Source of the DNA: Bilabrum cf. latius
Lineage: Eukaryota
Direction: 5' to 3'
Length of the DNA: 64,000 nt
Assembly: GCA_965178125.1 (NCBI GenBank)
Contig: OZ237764.1
Location: forward strand, 434,001 to 498,000
Below are positions 24,241 through 37,459 of the stretch, one piece after another (positions within the stretch are counted from its first letter, which is position 1; every line of letters begins with the position of its first letter). The translations under genes and the position numbers were made by a program. The notes under the pieces were generated by a model. The model did no database searches, was not told the origin of the DNA, and saw only the letters and a list, made by a program, of their open reading frames with translations.

Positions 24241-27200
24241 TTACGTAGTCCCACCCATCAAGAACCCATCCATGTACCTCTGGGCCTCCTCCATCCTGCC
24301 CTCGTCCACCAGCAGCCCCACCAGCTCCTGCACCCTGCCCCTGTACTCCTAGCTCTGCTTGCCCTTCTGCAGAGCAAGGGTCTCCTCTAGGTGGATCAAT
24401 ACCTCGATGGTGCAGGAGCGAGGAATAGGTGAGGACCGGCAGGTATGTAGCATGTTGTTCAGTACAATGGCATAGTTGGGGTGTTGCTTGCCCAGCAAGC
24501 ACTTGAAGATCTGCCGGCATTGCTCATACACCTCCATGGCCTCGCTGTACTGGCCCTGGGAGAAGAGACATCCAGCCATGTTGCTCAGCGTGGTGGCGTA
24601 TGAGGGATGCTGCTTGCCCAGCGCGGTCTGCAGCATCTGTCTGCATTGCTCATACACCTCCATGGCCTCGCTGTACTGGCCCTGGGATCTGAGACACTCA
24701 GCCATGTTGTTTAGCGTCATGGCGTACAAGGGATGCTGCTTGCCCAGCGCGGTCTCGCGAATCTGCCTGCATTGCTTCCAAAGCTCCATGGCCTCGCTGT
24801 ACTGGCCCTGGGAGAAGAGACACCCAGCCATGTTGCTCAGCGTGGTGGCGTATGAGGGATGCTGCTTGCCCAGCGCGGTCTCCTGGATCTGCCTGCATTG
24901 CTCATACAGCTCCATGGCCTCGCTGTGCTGGCCCTGGAACTCGAGACACCCAGCCATGTTGCCCAGCGTGGTGGCGTATGAGGGATGCTGCTTGCCCAGC
25001 GCGGTCTGCAGCATCTGTCTGCATTGCTCATACACCTCCATGGCCTCGCTGTACTGGCCCTGGGATCTGAGACACTCAGCCATGTTGTTTAGCGTGATGG
25101 CGTACAAGGGATGCTGCTTGCCCAGCGCGGTCTCGCGAATCTGCCTGCATTGCTTCCAAAGCTCCATGGCCTCGCTGTACTGGCCCTGGGAGAAGAGACA
25201 CCCAGCCATGTTGCTCAGCGTGGTGGCGTATGAGGGATGCTGCTTGCCCAGCGCGGTCTCCTGGATCTGCCTGCATTGCTCATACAGCTCCATGGCCTCG
25301 CTGTGCTGGCCCTGGAACTCGAGACACCCAGCCATGTTGCCCAGCGTGGTGGCGTATGAGGGATGCTACTTGCCCAGCGCGGTCTCGTGGATCTGCCTGC
25401 ATTGCTCATACAGCTCCATGGCCTCGCTGTGCTGGCCCTGCGAGAAGAGACACCCAGCCATGTTGCTCAGCGTGGTGGCGTATGAGGGATGCTGCTTGCC
25501 CAGCGCGGTCTCCTGGATCTGCCTGCATTGCTTCCAAAGCTACATGGCCTCGCTGTACTGGCCCTGGGATCTGAGACACTCAGCCATGTTACTCAGCGTG
25601 GTGGCGTACGAGGGATGCTGCTTGCCCAGCGCGGTCTCGTGGATCTGCCTGCATTGCTCATACAGCTCCATGGCCTCGCTGTATCGGCCCTGAGAGAAAA
25701 GACACCCAGCCATGTTGTGCAGCGTGGTGGCGTACTCGGGATGCTGCTTGCCCAGCGCGGTCTCCCTGATCTGCCTGCATTGCTCATACAACTCCATGGC
25801 CTCGCTGTATCGGCTCTGGGACCTGAGACACGAAGCCATGTTGTGCAGCGTGGTGGCGTAGTCGGGATGCTGCTTGCCCAGCGCGGTCTCCTGGATCTGC
25901 CTGCATTGCTCATGCAGCTCCATGGCCTCGCTGTACTGGCCCTGAGACTCAAGACACCCAGCCATGTTGCCTAGCGTGCTGGCGTATGAGGAATGCTGCT
26001 TGCCCAGCGCGGTCTCCTGGATCTGCCTGCATTGCTCATGCAGCTCCATGGCCTCGCTGTACTGGCCCTGAGACTCAAGACACCCAGCCATGTTGCTTAG
26101 CGTGCTGGCGTATGAGGAATGCAGCTTGCCCAGCGCGGTCTCCTGGATCTGCCTGCATTGCTCATGCAGCTCCATGGCCTCGCTGTACTGGCCCTGAGAC
26201 TCAAGACACCCAGCCATGTTGCCTAGCGTGCTGGCGTATGAGGAATGCAGCTTGCCCAGCGCGGTCTCCTGGATCTGCCTTCACTGCTCATACAACTCCA
26301 TGGCCTCGCTGTACTGGCCCTGAGACTCAAGACACCCAGCCATGTAGCCTAGCGTGCTGGCGTATGAGGAATGCAGCTTGCCCAGCGCGGTCTCCTGGAT
26401 CTGCATGCACTGCTCATGCAGCTCCATGGCCTCGATGTACTGGCCCTGGGACCTGAGACACGAAGCCATGTTGTGCAGCGTGGTGGCGTACTCGGGATGC
26501 TGCTTGCCCAGCGCGGTCTCCTGGATCTGCCTTCACTGCTCATACAACTCCATGGCCTCGCTGTACTGGCCCTGAGACTCAAGACACCCAGCCATGTTGC
26601 CTAGCGTGCTGGCGTATGAGGAATGCAGCTTGCCCAGCGCGGTCTCCTGGATCTGCCTGCATTGCTCATGCAGCTCCATGGCCTCGCTGTACTGGCCCTG
26701 AGACTCAAGACACCCAGCCATGTTGCCTAGCGTGCTGGCGTATGAGGAATGCAGCTTGCCCAGCGCGGTCTCCTGGATCTGCCTTCACTGCTCATACAAC
26801 TCCATGGCCTCGCTGTACTGGCCCTGAGACTCAAGACACCCAGCCATGTTGCCTAGCGTGCTGGCGTATGAGGAATGCAGCTTGCCCAGCGCGGTCTCCT
26901 GGATCTGCATGCACTGCTCATGCAGCTCCATGGCCTCGATGTACTGGCCCTGGGACCTGAGACACGAAGCCATGTTGCCCAGCGTGCTGGCGTATGAGGG
27001 ATGCAGCTTGCCACGCGCGGTCTCCTGGATCTGCCTGCATTGCTCATACAGCTCCATGGCCTCACTGTACTAGCCCTAAGACTCAAGACACCCAGCCATG
27101 TTGCCTAGCGTGGTGGCGTATTAGGTATGCTGCTTGCCCAGCGCGGTCTCCTGGATCTGCATGCACTGCTCATACAGCTCCATAGCCTCGCTGTATCGGC

Positions 27201-30200
27201 CCTGGGAGAAGAGACACGAAGCCATGTTGCCCAGTGTGCTGTCGTACTCGGGATGCTGCATGCCTAGCGTGGTCTCGAAGATCTGCCTGCATTGCTCATA
27301 CAGCTCCATGGCCTCGCTGTACTGGCCCTGGGACCTGAGACACGAAGCCATGTTGCCCAGTGTGCTGGCGTACTCGGGATACTACTTGTCCAGCGCGGTC
27401 TCCTGGATCTGCCTGCATTGCTCATACAGCTCCATGGCCTCGCTGTACTGGCCCTGAGACCTGAGACACGAAGCCATGTTGCCCAGTGTGCTGGCGTACT
27501 CGGGATGCTGCTTGCCTAGCGTGGTCTCGAAGATCTGCCTGCATTGCTCATACAGCTCCATGGCCTCGCTGTACTGGCCCTCGGTCTTGAGACACGAAGC
27601 CATGTTGCCCAGTGCGCTGGCGTACTCGGGATGCTGCTTGCCTAGCGTGGTCTCCTTGATCTGCCTGCATTGTCATACAGCTCCATGGCCTCGCTGGACT
27701 GGCCCTGGGACCTGAGACACGAAGCCATGTTGCCTAGCGTGCTGGTGTACTTGGGATGCTGCTTGCCTAGCGTGGTCTCGAAGATCTGCCTGCATTGCTC
27801 ATACAGCTCCATGGCCTCGCTGTACTGGCCCTGGGACCTGAGACACGAAGCCATGTTGCTCAGCGTGGTGGCGTATGAGGGATGCTACTTGCCCAGCGCG
27901 GTCTCCCTGATCTGCCTGCATTGCTCATACAACTCCATGGCCTCGCTGTATCGGCTCTGGGACCTGAGAGACCCAGCCATGTTGCTCAGCGTGGTGGCGT
28001 ACTCGGGATGCTGCTTGCCCAGCGTGGTCTCGAAGATCTGCCTGCATTGCTCATACAGCTCCATGGCCTCGCTGTACTGGCCCTGGGACCTGAGACACGA
28101 AGCCATGTTGCTCAGTGTGGTGGCGTAGTCGGGATGTTGCTCGCCCAGCGCGGTCTCCTGGATCTGCCTGCATTGCTCATACAGCTCCATGGCCTCGCTG
28201 TACTGGCCCTGAGACTCAAGACACCCAGCCATGTTGCCTAGCGTGCTGGCGTAGTCGGGATGCTGCTTGCCCAGCGCGGTCTCCTGGATCTGCCTGCATT
28301 GCTCATACAGCTCCATGGCCTCGCTGTATCGGCCCTGGGACCTGAGACACGAAGCCATGTTGCTCAGTGTGGTGGCGTAGTCGGGATGTTGCTCGCCCAG
28401 CGCGGTCTCGAAGATCTGCCTGCATTGCTCATACAGCTCCATGGCCTCGCTGTATCGGCCCTGGGACCTGAGACACGAAGCCATGTTGCTCAGTGTGGTG
28501 GCGTAGTCGGGATGTTGCTTGCCCAGCGCGGTCTCGAAGATCTGCCTGCATTGCTCATACAGCTCCATGGCCTCGCTGTACTGGCCCTGAGACTCAAGAC
28601 ACCCAGCCATGTTGCCTAGCGTGCTTGCGTACTCGGGATGCTGCTTGCCCAGCGCGGTCTCGAAGATCTGCCTGCATTGCTCATACAGCTCCATGGCCTC
28701 GCTGTACTGGCCCTGGGAGAAAAGACACCCAGCCATGTTGTGCAGCGTGGTGGCGTATGAGGGATGCTGCTTGCCCAGCGCGGTCTCCTTGATCTGCCTG
28801 CATTGCTCATACAGCTCTATGGCCTCGCTGGACTGGCCCTGGGACTCAAGACACCCAGCCATGTTGCTCAGCGTGCTGGCGTAGTCGGGATGCTGCTTGC
28901 CCAGCGCGGTCTCGAAGATCTGCCTGCATTGCTCATACAGCTCCATGGCCTCGCTGTACTGGCCCTCAGAGAAAAGACACCCAGCCATGTTGTTCAGCGT
29001 GGTGGCGTAGTCGGGATGCTGCTTGCCCAGCGCGGTCTCCAGGATCTGCCTGCATTGCTCATACAGCTCTATGGCCTCGCTGGACTGGCCCTGGGACTTT
29101 AGACACCCAGCCATGTTGCTCAGCGTGGTGGCGTATGAGGGATGCTGCTTGCCCAGCGCGGTCTCCTGGATCTGCCTGCATTGCTCATACAGCTCCATGG
29201 CCTCGCTGTACTGGCCCTGGGAGAAGAGACACTAAGCCACGTTGTTCAGCGTGGTGGCGTACTCGGGATGCTGCTTGCCCAGCGCGGTCTCCTGGATCTG
29301 CCTGCACTGCTCATACAGATCCATGGCCTCGCTGTACTGGCCCTGGGACCTGAGACACGAAGCCATGTTGTGCAGCGTGGTGGCGTATGAGGGATGCTAC
29401 TTGCCCAGCGCGGTCTCCTGGATCTGCCTGCACTGCTCATACAGATCCATGGCCTCGCTGTACTGGCCCTGAGACTCAAGACACCCAGCCATGTTGCTCA
29501 GTGTGGTGGCGTAGTCGGGATGCTGCTTGTCCAACACGGTCTCCTGGATCTGCCTGCACTGCTCATACAGCTCCATGGCCTCGCTGTACTGGCCCTGGGA
29601 CCTGAGACATGAAGCCATGTTGTTCAGCGTGGTGGCGTACTCGGGATGCTGCTTGCCCAGCGCGGTCTCCTGGATCTGCCTTCACTGCTCATACAACTCC
29701 ATGGCCTCGCTGGACTGGCCCTGGGACTCGAGACACGAAGCCATGTTGGTCAGTGTGCTGGCGTAATCGGAATGCTGCTTGTCCAACACGGTCTCCTGGA
29801 TCTGCCTTCACTGCTCATACAGCTCCATGGCCTCGCTGTATCGGCCCTGGGAGAAAAGACACCCAGCCATGTTGTGCATCGTGGTGGCGTACTCGGGATG
29901 CTGCTTGCCCAGCGCGGTCTCCCTGATCTGCCTGCATTGCTCATACAACTCCATGGCCTCGCTGTACTGGCCCTGGGACTCGAGACACCCAGCCATGTTG
30001 CTCAGCGTGGTGGCGTACTCGGGATGCTGCTTGCCCAGCGCGGTCACCTGGATCTGCCTGCATTGCTCATACAGCTCCATGGCCTCGCTGTACTGGCCCT
30101 GGGAGAAAAGACACGAAGCCATGTTGTGCAGCGTGGTGGCGTATGAGGGATGCTGCTTGCCCAGCGCGGTCTCCTGGATCTGCCTGCATTGCTCATACAG

Positions 30201-33200
30201 CTCCATGGCCTCGCTGTACTGGCCCTGGGACTTTAGACACGAAGCCATGTTGCTCAGCGTGGTGGCGTATGAGGGATGCTGCTTGCCCAGCGCGGTCTCC
30301 TGGATCTGCCTGCACTGCTCATACAGATCCATGGCCTCGCTGTACTGGCCCTGGGAGTAAAGACACGAAGCCATGTTGTTCAGCGTGGTGGCGTACTCGG
30401 GATGCTGCTTGCCCCGCGTGGTCTCGAAGATCTGCCTGCATTGCTCATACAGCTCCATGGCCTCGCTGTACTGGCCCTCAGAGAAAAGACACCCAGCCAT
30501 GTTGCCCAGCGTGCTGGCGTACTCGGGATGCTGCTTGCCCAGCGCGGTCTCCTGGATCTGCCTGCATTGCTCATACAGCTCTATGGCCTCGCTGGACTGG
30601 CCCTGGGACTTTAGACACCCAGCCATGTTGCTCAGCGTACTGGCGTATGAGGGATGCAGCTTGCCCAGCGCGGTCTCCTGGATCTGCCTGCATTGCTCAT
30701 ACAGCTCCATGGCCTCGCTGTACTGGCCCTGGGACCTGAGACATGAAGCCATGTTGCTCAGCGTGGTGGCGTAGTCGGGATGCTGCTTGCCCAGCGCGGT
30801 CTCCAGGATCTGCCTGCATTGCTCATGCAGCTCCATGGCCTCACTGTACTGGCCCTGAGACTCGAGACACTAAGCCACGTTGTTCAGCGTGGTGGCGTAC
30901 TCGGGATGCTGCTTGCCCAGCGCGGTCTCCTGGATCTGCCTGCACTGCTCATACAACTCCATGGCCTCGCTGTATCGGCCCTGGGAGTAAAGACACGAAG
31001 CCATGTTGCTCAGCGTGGTGGCGTACTCGGGATGTTGCTTGCCCAGCACGGTCTCCTGGATCTGCCGGCATTGCTCATACAGATCCATGGCCTCGCTGTA
31101 CTGGCCCTGGGACTTTAGACACGAAGCCATGTTGCTCAGCGTGCTGGCGTACTCGGGATGCTGCTTGCCTAGCGTGGTCTCCTGGATCTGCATGCACTGC
31201 TCATGCAACTCCATGGCCTCGCTGTACTGGCCCTGGGACCTGAGACACGAAGCCATGTTGTGCAGCGTGGTGGCGTACTCGGGATGCTGCTTGCCCAGCG
31301 CGGTCTCCTGGATCTGCCTGCATTGCTCATACAGCTCCATGGCCTCGCTGTATCGGCCCTGGGAGTAAAGACACGAAGCCATGTTGCCCAGCGTGCTGGC
31401 GTACGAGGGATGCTGCTTGCCCAGCGCGGTCTCGAAGATCTGCCTGCATTGCTCATGCAGCTCCATGGCCTCGCTGTACTAGCCCTAAGACTCAAGACAC
31501 GAAGCCATGTTGCCGAGTGTGCTGGCGTATGAGGTATGCTGCTTGCCAAGCGCGGTCACCTGGATCTGCCTGCATTGCTCATGCAGCTCCATGGCCTCGC
31601 TGTATCGGCCCTGGGACCTGAGACACGAAGCCATGTTGCCTAGCGTGCTGGCGTACTCGGGATGCTGCTTGCCTAGCGTGGTCTCGAAGATCTGCCTGCA
31701 TTGCTCATACAACTCCATGGCCTCGCTGTACTGGCCCTGGGACCTGAGACACGAAGCCATGTTGCCCAGTGTGCTGGCGTACTCGGGATACTACTTGCCC
31801 AGCGCGGTCTCCTGGATCTGCCTGCATTGCTCATACAGCTCCATGGCCTCGCTGTACTGGCCCTGGGATGTGCGACACCCAGCCATGTTATTCAGCGTGC
31901 TGGCGTAGTCGGGATGCTGCTTGCCCAGCGCGGTCTCGCGGATCTGCCTGCATTGCTCATACAGCTCCATGGCCTCGCTGTACTGGCCCTGGGACTAAAA
32001 ACCGCCAGCCAAATTGAACAGGGCCCTTGCAAACACTTCCGAGGCTTCGCCCGAGTCGCCGTTGGCAACACCTATTGCTTTTCTGTCACATTCAAGTGAT
32101 AAACAAGCCATACCGACATACCCAAGCCCGACAGAACGTTTGGTTACCCCGAGAAGCGCTTTCTGAACGTCACTTCGACCTGCACCTCCGATCCGCTGCG
32201 TGTGCGCCAGCTCTACAACAACTGCAATCGCACCCTCGGATGGGCTGCTGCGGTGCACACCACCGGCAGCAGCAAGATTCGTACCTACACATGAGTCGGA
32301 TGAAATCACAAACCGGTCCATCTCCTGTCCAGTACGCGAGGCCCAATGCATATATGAAGCCCCTGAATCTACCACACCAGCTCGAGCAAAATACTAAGCA
32401 ACCTCTGCGACGCCTCGAAACATAGTCTTGACTTCTGCACCACAGTTACTGGTCTCCAATGCATCCTGGTCGAATGAGAGCTACGGTCTACAGCTGCATC
32501 CCACAGCTTGTACCGCCTGCGATGATTCCAGGTCTCCCTTCAGCTGATCCACAAGCAGACCCACATGCCGCAGTCCCAGTCCAAACGAATGCATCACACG
32601 CTTCAGTACTCCACGATGCACCTCGAAATCAGCCTGCACATCCACATCCACAGTGCGACACACCTCTAGCGCCAGCTCATCACGGTACCGATCCACCACC
32701 TCGGCACGAGCCTTCGCATACAGCTTCCCGATGCACTCTCGAGCTCGTGACCTGGCCCCAGCATCCCCTGCCATGATCAGGTCAGGGCTCAGGCCCTCAA
32801 ATGCATCGTCACCCACCAGCTCCCGCAGCCGATGCGCGGCCTCAGGAGGCAGCAGGCACGTCATGGAGGCTGACCCAGAGTAGTACCACCTGGGACATGC
32901 CACAATCGCCAGCATGACCACCTGCCCGCTGCTGTCCTTGGCGCTGGCACTGACACAGCCTGTATCCATGTGGCGCTGCATGTCATCGGGCTGGAAGCGG
33001 ATGCCAGTCAAGCCATCGGTGGATTCACACCAGCGCTGCAGGGCTGATGATACCTCTGGCAGCGACATACCTTTGCCATCAGATGCCAGGCACCACAAGT
33101 CCAGCTGTCCAAGATACATGGCTCGTTCCATGCCAGGATCGGCTGCAGCACCTGACCTTGCATCGATCGCCCACACCCGCGGCTTGGCCTCATCTGACCT

Positions 33201-35465
33201 CATCCAGTCCATCCACACCACATCTGGGATCAGCAGACGGTGCGTGTCCAGCACCAGCCGCTGCCCGCTCGACAGCTGGTGCACCTCCACGTCAAATGGA
33301 AGTCGCGACCTGACACCTACACCATGCACTTGCTCGCACAAGTGCTCCACGTCAGGCAGTGACTTCCTGTAGTCCAAACTCACACCCGTCCTCTCGATTG
33401 CGGCGTACACAGCCCGGGCCAGCTCCTGCTCCTGCGGTGTGAGTCTCTTCTCATCTTCCTCAAACAGTCGCATGCGGCCGGGATGCAGTGCCTCCCTGAT
33501 GCGCTGCACACTGGCTGGGTGCATGCCTTGGTCCTGCAGCACATCCAGGAATGTGCGTGCAGGCGTAGGGCCAGAGCCAGCCGCGGTTGCGTCTGACGTA
33601 CCATCGCCAAGGCTCGATGCAACATATTTGTGCTTTACCAGTGCTTGAACATTTCGATCCACATAAGATGCGATCCCGAAGTGCCGGGCCAGTGGCTTCA
33701 CCACGTCCTCCAGCTGCTCCTCGTCTCGATGCATGCTGATGCCGCCATCCGATGAGCCTACGCGCAGAGTCGTCTCACGAACGGATGCATCAAATGCAGC
33801 CTGAAATGCTCCAGCATCAGGCCCCCGCCCATCGTGCTGCTCCCGATACGACGTCTCAAATGCAGCCGCATCCCATGCCATGCAGCCCCGCACATCCACG
33901 CGAGCAAACGCCTGCACACGAAGCACATACTAGCCACCACCCGACACCTCCACTCGCACATCCACGCACTCCAGCAGAGGCGTCGACACATGCACGCTGT
34001 CCATCACATGCACCCATCGACTCGCCGCCGCCTCCCGCTTGGCCGCCTTGGCCGCCATGCGCGTGCTGCCGTAGATGCCCAGGTGGTCGAAGGCGAACTT
34101 CAGGAACAGACCCCGGCCCTCATGCACAGCCTTGATACCCCCGGCCATGCCCCCCGCATCGATGAACTTGAGACCCAGTGTCTCCTCGATCTTGGCCTTG
34201 TCCTCATCGGTGAAGCCCACGGGGTCCAGCGACCTGTTCCCGTGTCTCCATTTCATCTCCACCTCAGGGAAGCCCTTGCTGGCTTTCAGCGCCTTGCGAA
34301 CGTCCTGCCTGAAGAGCACCCCGATGCGGTCTAGCTTCCGCTTGCGGTCCTTCTGCTCGTGCGGCCACAGGGCCACGGTGCGCTTGGCGGCCTCGAAGGC
34401 GGGCTGTCGGCCTCGGGGGCTGGGAGCCTCGTCGCCATCGTCATTCCCATCATTATACGGCGCGTTAAAGCTTTGACCGTCCCGTGCCGAGCCAGCACCG
34501 CCTGCTGCACCAGTGGATGCCCCTGCATACCGGAGTGGGGAGGGCGCGGGATCATCTGCCCCTGCACCAGATGCAGCGCTTGAGGCCGCAAAGCGAGGGG
34601 ACGATTCGCGGGACACAGTCGCTCCTTGGGCGCTGCTAGCCTCGCCGACACCTGCTGCACCCCTGACAGGGTAATATCCAGTTCCATCATCGTGATCTCG
34701 TGGCACCCCCCCTCGAGATGCAGTTGTCTCTCTGCCGCAACCATGTCGAGCCGGCCCGTCGACACGAAGAGGGTCACCTGGGCCCGGCCAGCCGGTTGCT
34801 GTCCCATACGGAGTGGTGCCACCCCTGCTGGTCGATGTCTCTAAGACTGCCCCCACTTGCAGCGATGGCTGTCCTGGCACCAAGGGGCTTGGTACCGCGC
34901 TTGAGGCCGCAGAGCGAGGGGACGATTCGCGGGACACAGTCTCTCCTTGGGAACTGCTAGCCTCGCCCACACCTGCTGCACCCCTGACCGGGTAATATCC
35001 AGTTCCATCATCGCGATTGCGAGACAGCCCCCCTCGAGATGCAGTTGTCTCTCTGTCATCCGACCCGTGGACACGAAGAAGGTCACATAAGCCCGGCCTG
35101 CCGGTTGCTGTCCCCTACGGAGTGGTGCCACCCCTGATGGCCGATGTCTCTGGGACTGCCCCCGCTTGCAGCGATGGACGTCCTGGCTCCGAGGGGCTTG
35201 GTACCGCGCTTGAGGCCGCAGAGCGAGGGGACGATTCGCGGGACACAGTCTCTCCTTGGGAACTGCTACCAGCCCCAGCTGGCCCAAGCTCAGCAGATGC
35301 ACCTTCAACGGCAGATCCAGGACCAGGCGCCGCACCTGAATCGTCCCCCTTTGGTTGCAGATATCCGTGGTTTGGTGTAGCTGGTTCACTCCGAGACGAT
35401 GCTTCAGCGGAGCTCGATGAGCCTTCCGTCTACGCATGATCTATCCCTTGGCTGGAGGACGCCAT
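24241..35465 (-). CDS. Clu-domain protein with a C-terminal 42-aa TPR array; distal array disrupted
   Basis: ATG 35465. Clu-like motifs GGMAGGIK..LFLKFAFDHLGIYG, VGSSDGG, DVEVH..LVLDTHRL, MHSFGLGLRHVGLL. Open (TAG only) to the first TGA at 29810-29808 (about 1885 aa). Further TGAs, a frameshift near 27672 and TAA 27123 follow. Original end TAA 24243-24241. Confidence 0.7.
24450..31997 (-). repeat. Tandem array of 60 x 126-bp units encoding kinesin-light-chain-type TPR repeats
   Basis: Unit SQGQYSEAMELYEQCRQIQETALGKQHPxYAxTLxNMAxCLx. First unit start 31994, last 24561, i.e. 59 x 126 minus the 1-bp deletion. Confidence 0.97.
34570..35265 (-). repeat. Internal tandem duplication, about 309-321 bp, about 2.3 copies, in the Clu gene N-terminus
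   Basis: ACGATTCGCGGGACACAGTC recurs at 34601, 34922 and 35231 with similar flanks. Confidence 0.85.
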
Positions 35466-36125
35466 TGTGGTTTCTGATACTTTAATACCTACGCTTACTC
35501 TATCAAGCACGCTGTCAGCTACAGGCGGTCCTAATCTGGTAACTTGCTCTCAGAGTAGTTCCTAGTTGCGATCTTTGCCTGACAGCTAGATACGAAGTTA
35601 TTGAGCCACCCGAGACGATATTCCGTTCGCTTGCTTAATCAACGTGGGTATTGCCGAGATGATCTAGCCACACCAAGCTTCAGGGGCAAAACAATCAGGC
35701 TGCGGCTCTTCCTATCTGCGATGCTCAGCAAGTTGAGACTTTCCGCTTAGATCTGTGCATTTGGCCAAGCAGAAGGGATCAAGTGCAGTTTGAATACATG
35801 CTTTATCGGTAAGAGTCCTCAAGAATGATGCAATGCTCACTTTCTAGGGCTACGCGGTATGAAACGGAATTGTCCAGTCGATGGAATCCATCGGATCAGT
35901 TGCAACCGCCGGCGCAAGAAAAGGTTGGTTGCAACCGGTCGATCGGCGAGAGGGGGACTTTGCGGCCGACTGCGTGTATTGAACGAAATGATAAGACCCA
36001 CTGCAGCATGTTGAATCTCCAAAACTCGTTTTTTGTAGGCAATTTTCATCTCGACCTCATTCCGAGTCGACAAGCTCAAGCGCTGCCCCACACCACTCAC
36101 GCACCGGCCGTCGACCTCGCGTGTG

Positions 36126-36796
36126 GGTCCACCACCGCCGCCTCCCCCGACTCGGACCCCACCAGGGCACAGTCGCAGTGCTGCAGGAGAGCCACGTGCA
36201 GGTCCACCACCGCCGCCTCCCCCGACTCGGACCCCACCAGGGCGCAGTCGCAGTGCTGCAGGAGAGCCACGTGCAGGTCCACCACCGCCGCCTCCCCCGA
36301 CTCGGACCCCACCAGGGCACAGTCGCAGTGCTGCAGGAGAGCCACGTGCAGCTCCACCACCGCCGCCTCCCCCGACTCGGACCCCACCAGGGCACAGTCG
36401 CAGTGCTGCAGGAGAGCCACGTGCAGGTCCACCACCGCCGCCTCCCCCGACTCGGACCCCACCAGGGCACAGTCGCAGTGCTGCAGGAGAGCCACGTGCA
36501 GGTCCACCACCGCCGCCTCCCCCGACTCGGACCCCACCAGGGCACAGTCGCAGTGCTGCAGGAGAGCCACGTGCAGGTCCACCACCGCCGCCTCCCCCGA
36601 CTCGGACCCCACCAGGGCACAGTCGCAGTGCTGCAGGAGAGCCACGTGCAGGTCCACCACCGCCGCCTCCCCCGACTCGGACCCCACCAGGGCACAGTCG
36701 CAGCGCTGCAGGAGAGCCACGTGCAGGTCCACCACCGCCGCCTCCCCCGACTCGGACCCCACCAGGGCACAGTCGCAGTGCTGCAGGAGAGCCACG
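36126..36796. repeat. Minisatellite, 9 x 75 bp, nearly identical units
   Basis: Unit starts GGTCCACCACCGCCGCCTCCCCCGACTCGG at 36126, 36201, 36276 ... 36726. The minus-strand reading is ALLQHCDCALVGSESGEAAVVDLHV. Confidence 0.95.
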
Positions 36797-37459
36797 CAGC
36801 CGTGGGGCGGGGCCAGCACTGGGTCCCTGGGGATCAGCGAGGGCCGCACCAGCAGGCTAGGGGCCAGTAGCCTCCCGTTCTCACGGGGATCCGCCCACCT
36901 CGCCAGCTGGGGCACACTCGCGGGCTTGCCGGCCACGATAGAGGAGGACAACAGCCCACCACCTGCAGCCCCCGCCGCAGCCGCAGCCGCCCGCGCGTGC
37001 AGATCCCCAGGCAGCAGCAGCAGCAGCCTCACCACCCCCGCAGAGTCCAGCGCAGCCAGGCATGGTCGCCTGGCGTGCTGTCGTAGGGTCTGTACGCCAG
37101 CTCCAGCACGTACCTGCCTCCTGCCAGCGGCACGTCATCCGTGGCAGGATGCAGCCCATTGCCGCCGCCCCTGCTCCCTACTGGACATGTTTCTTAGCGG
37201 TGTGTATGTTTGGTTGAGTACGAGCGGGCGGCCGGATGCAAGTCGCCACAATATTGAATCCAGTGTCTTGAATTGCAACGACCGCACCCGAGCTGCATGG
37301 TCACCCACAGCAGTGAGCAGAGAAGAATGGCAAGGTGCCAGTGGCAACTCCCATTAGCCCATGTCCCTCTCCCTCTCACACCCCGGCCAACCCATACTCG
37401 GGAATGCACAGTCGGTCATGCAGACTAATCCGTCTCGTTCGATATTCCCGCTGTTCCAA

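Noticed and set aside
24450-31997. Plus-strand ORFs over the TPR array
   Set aside because: They are antisense shadows of the repeated minus-strand coding unit.
36126-36796. CRISPR array, or multi-frame overlapping genes
   Set aside because: Units are contiguous with no unique spacers. Several frames are open only because the 75-bp unit lacks stops.
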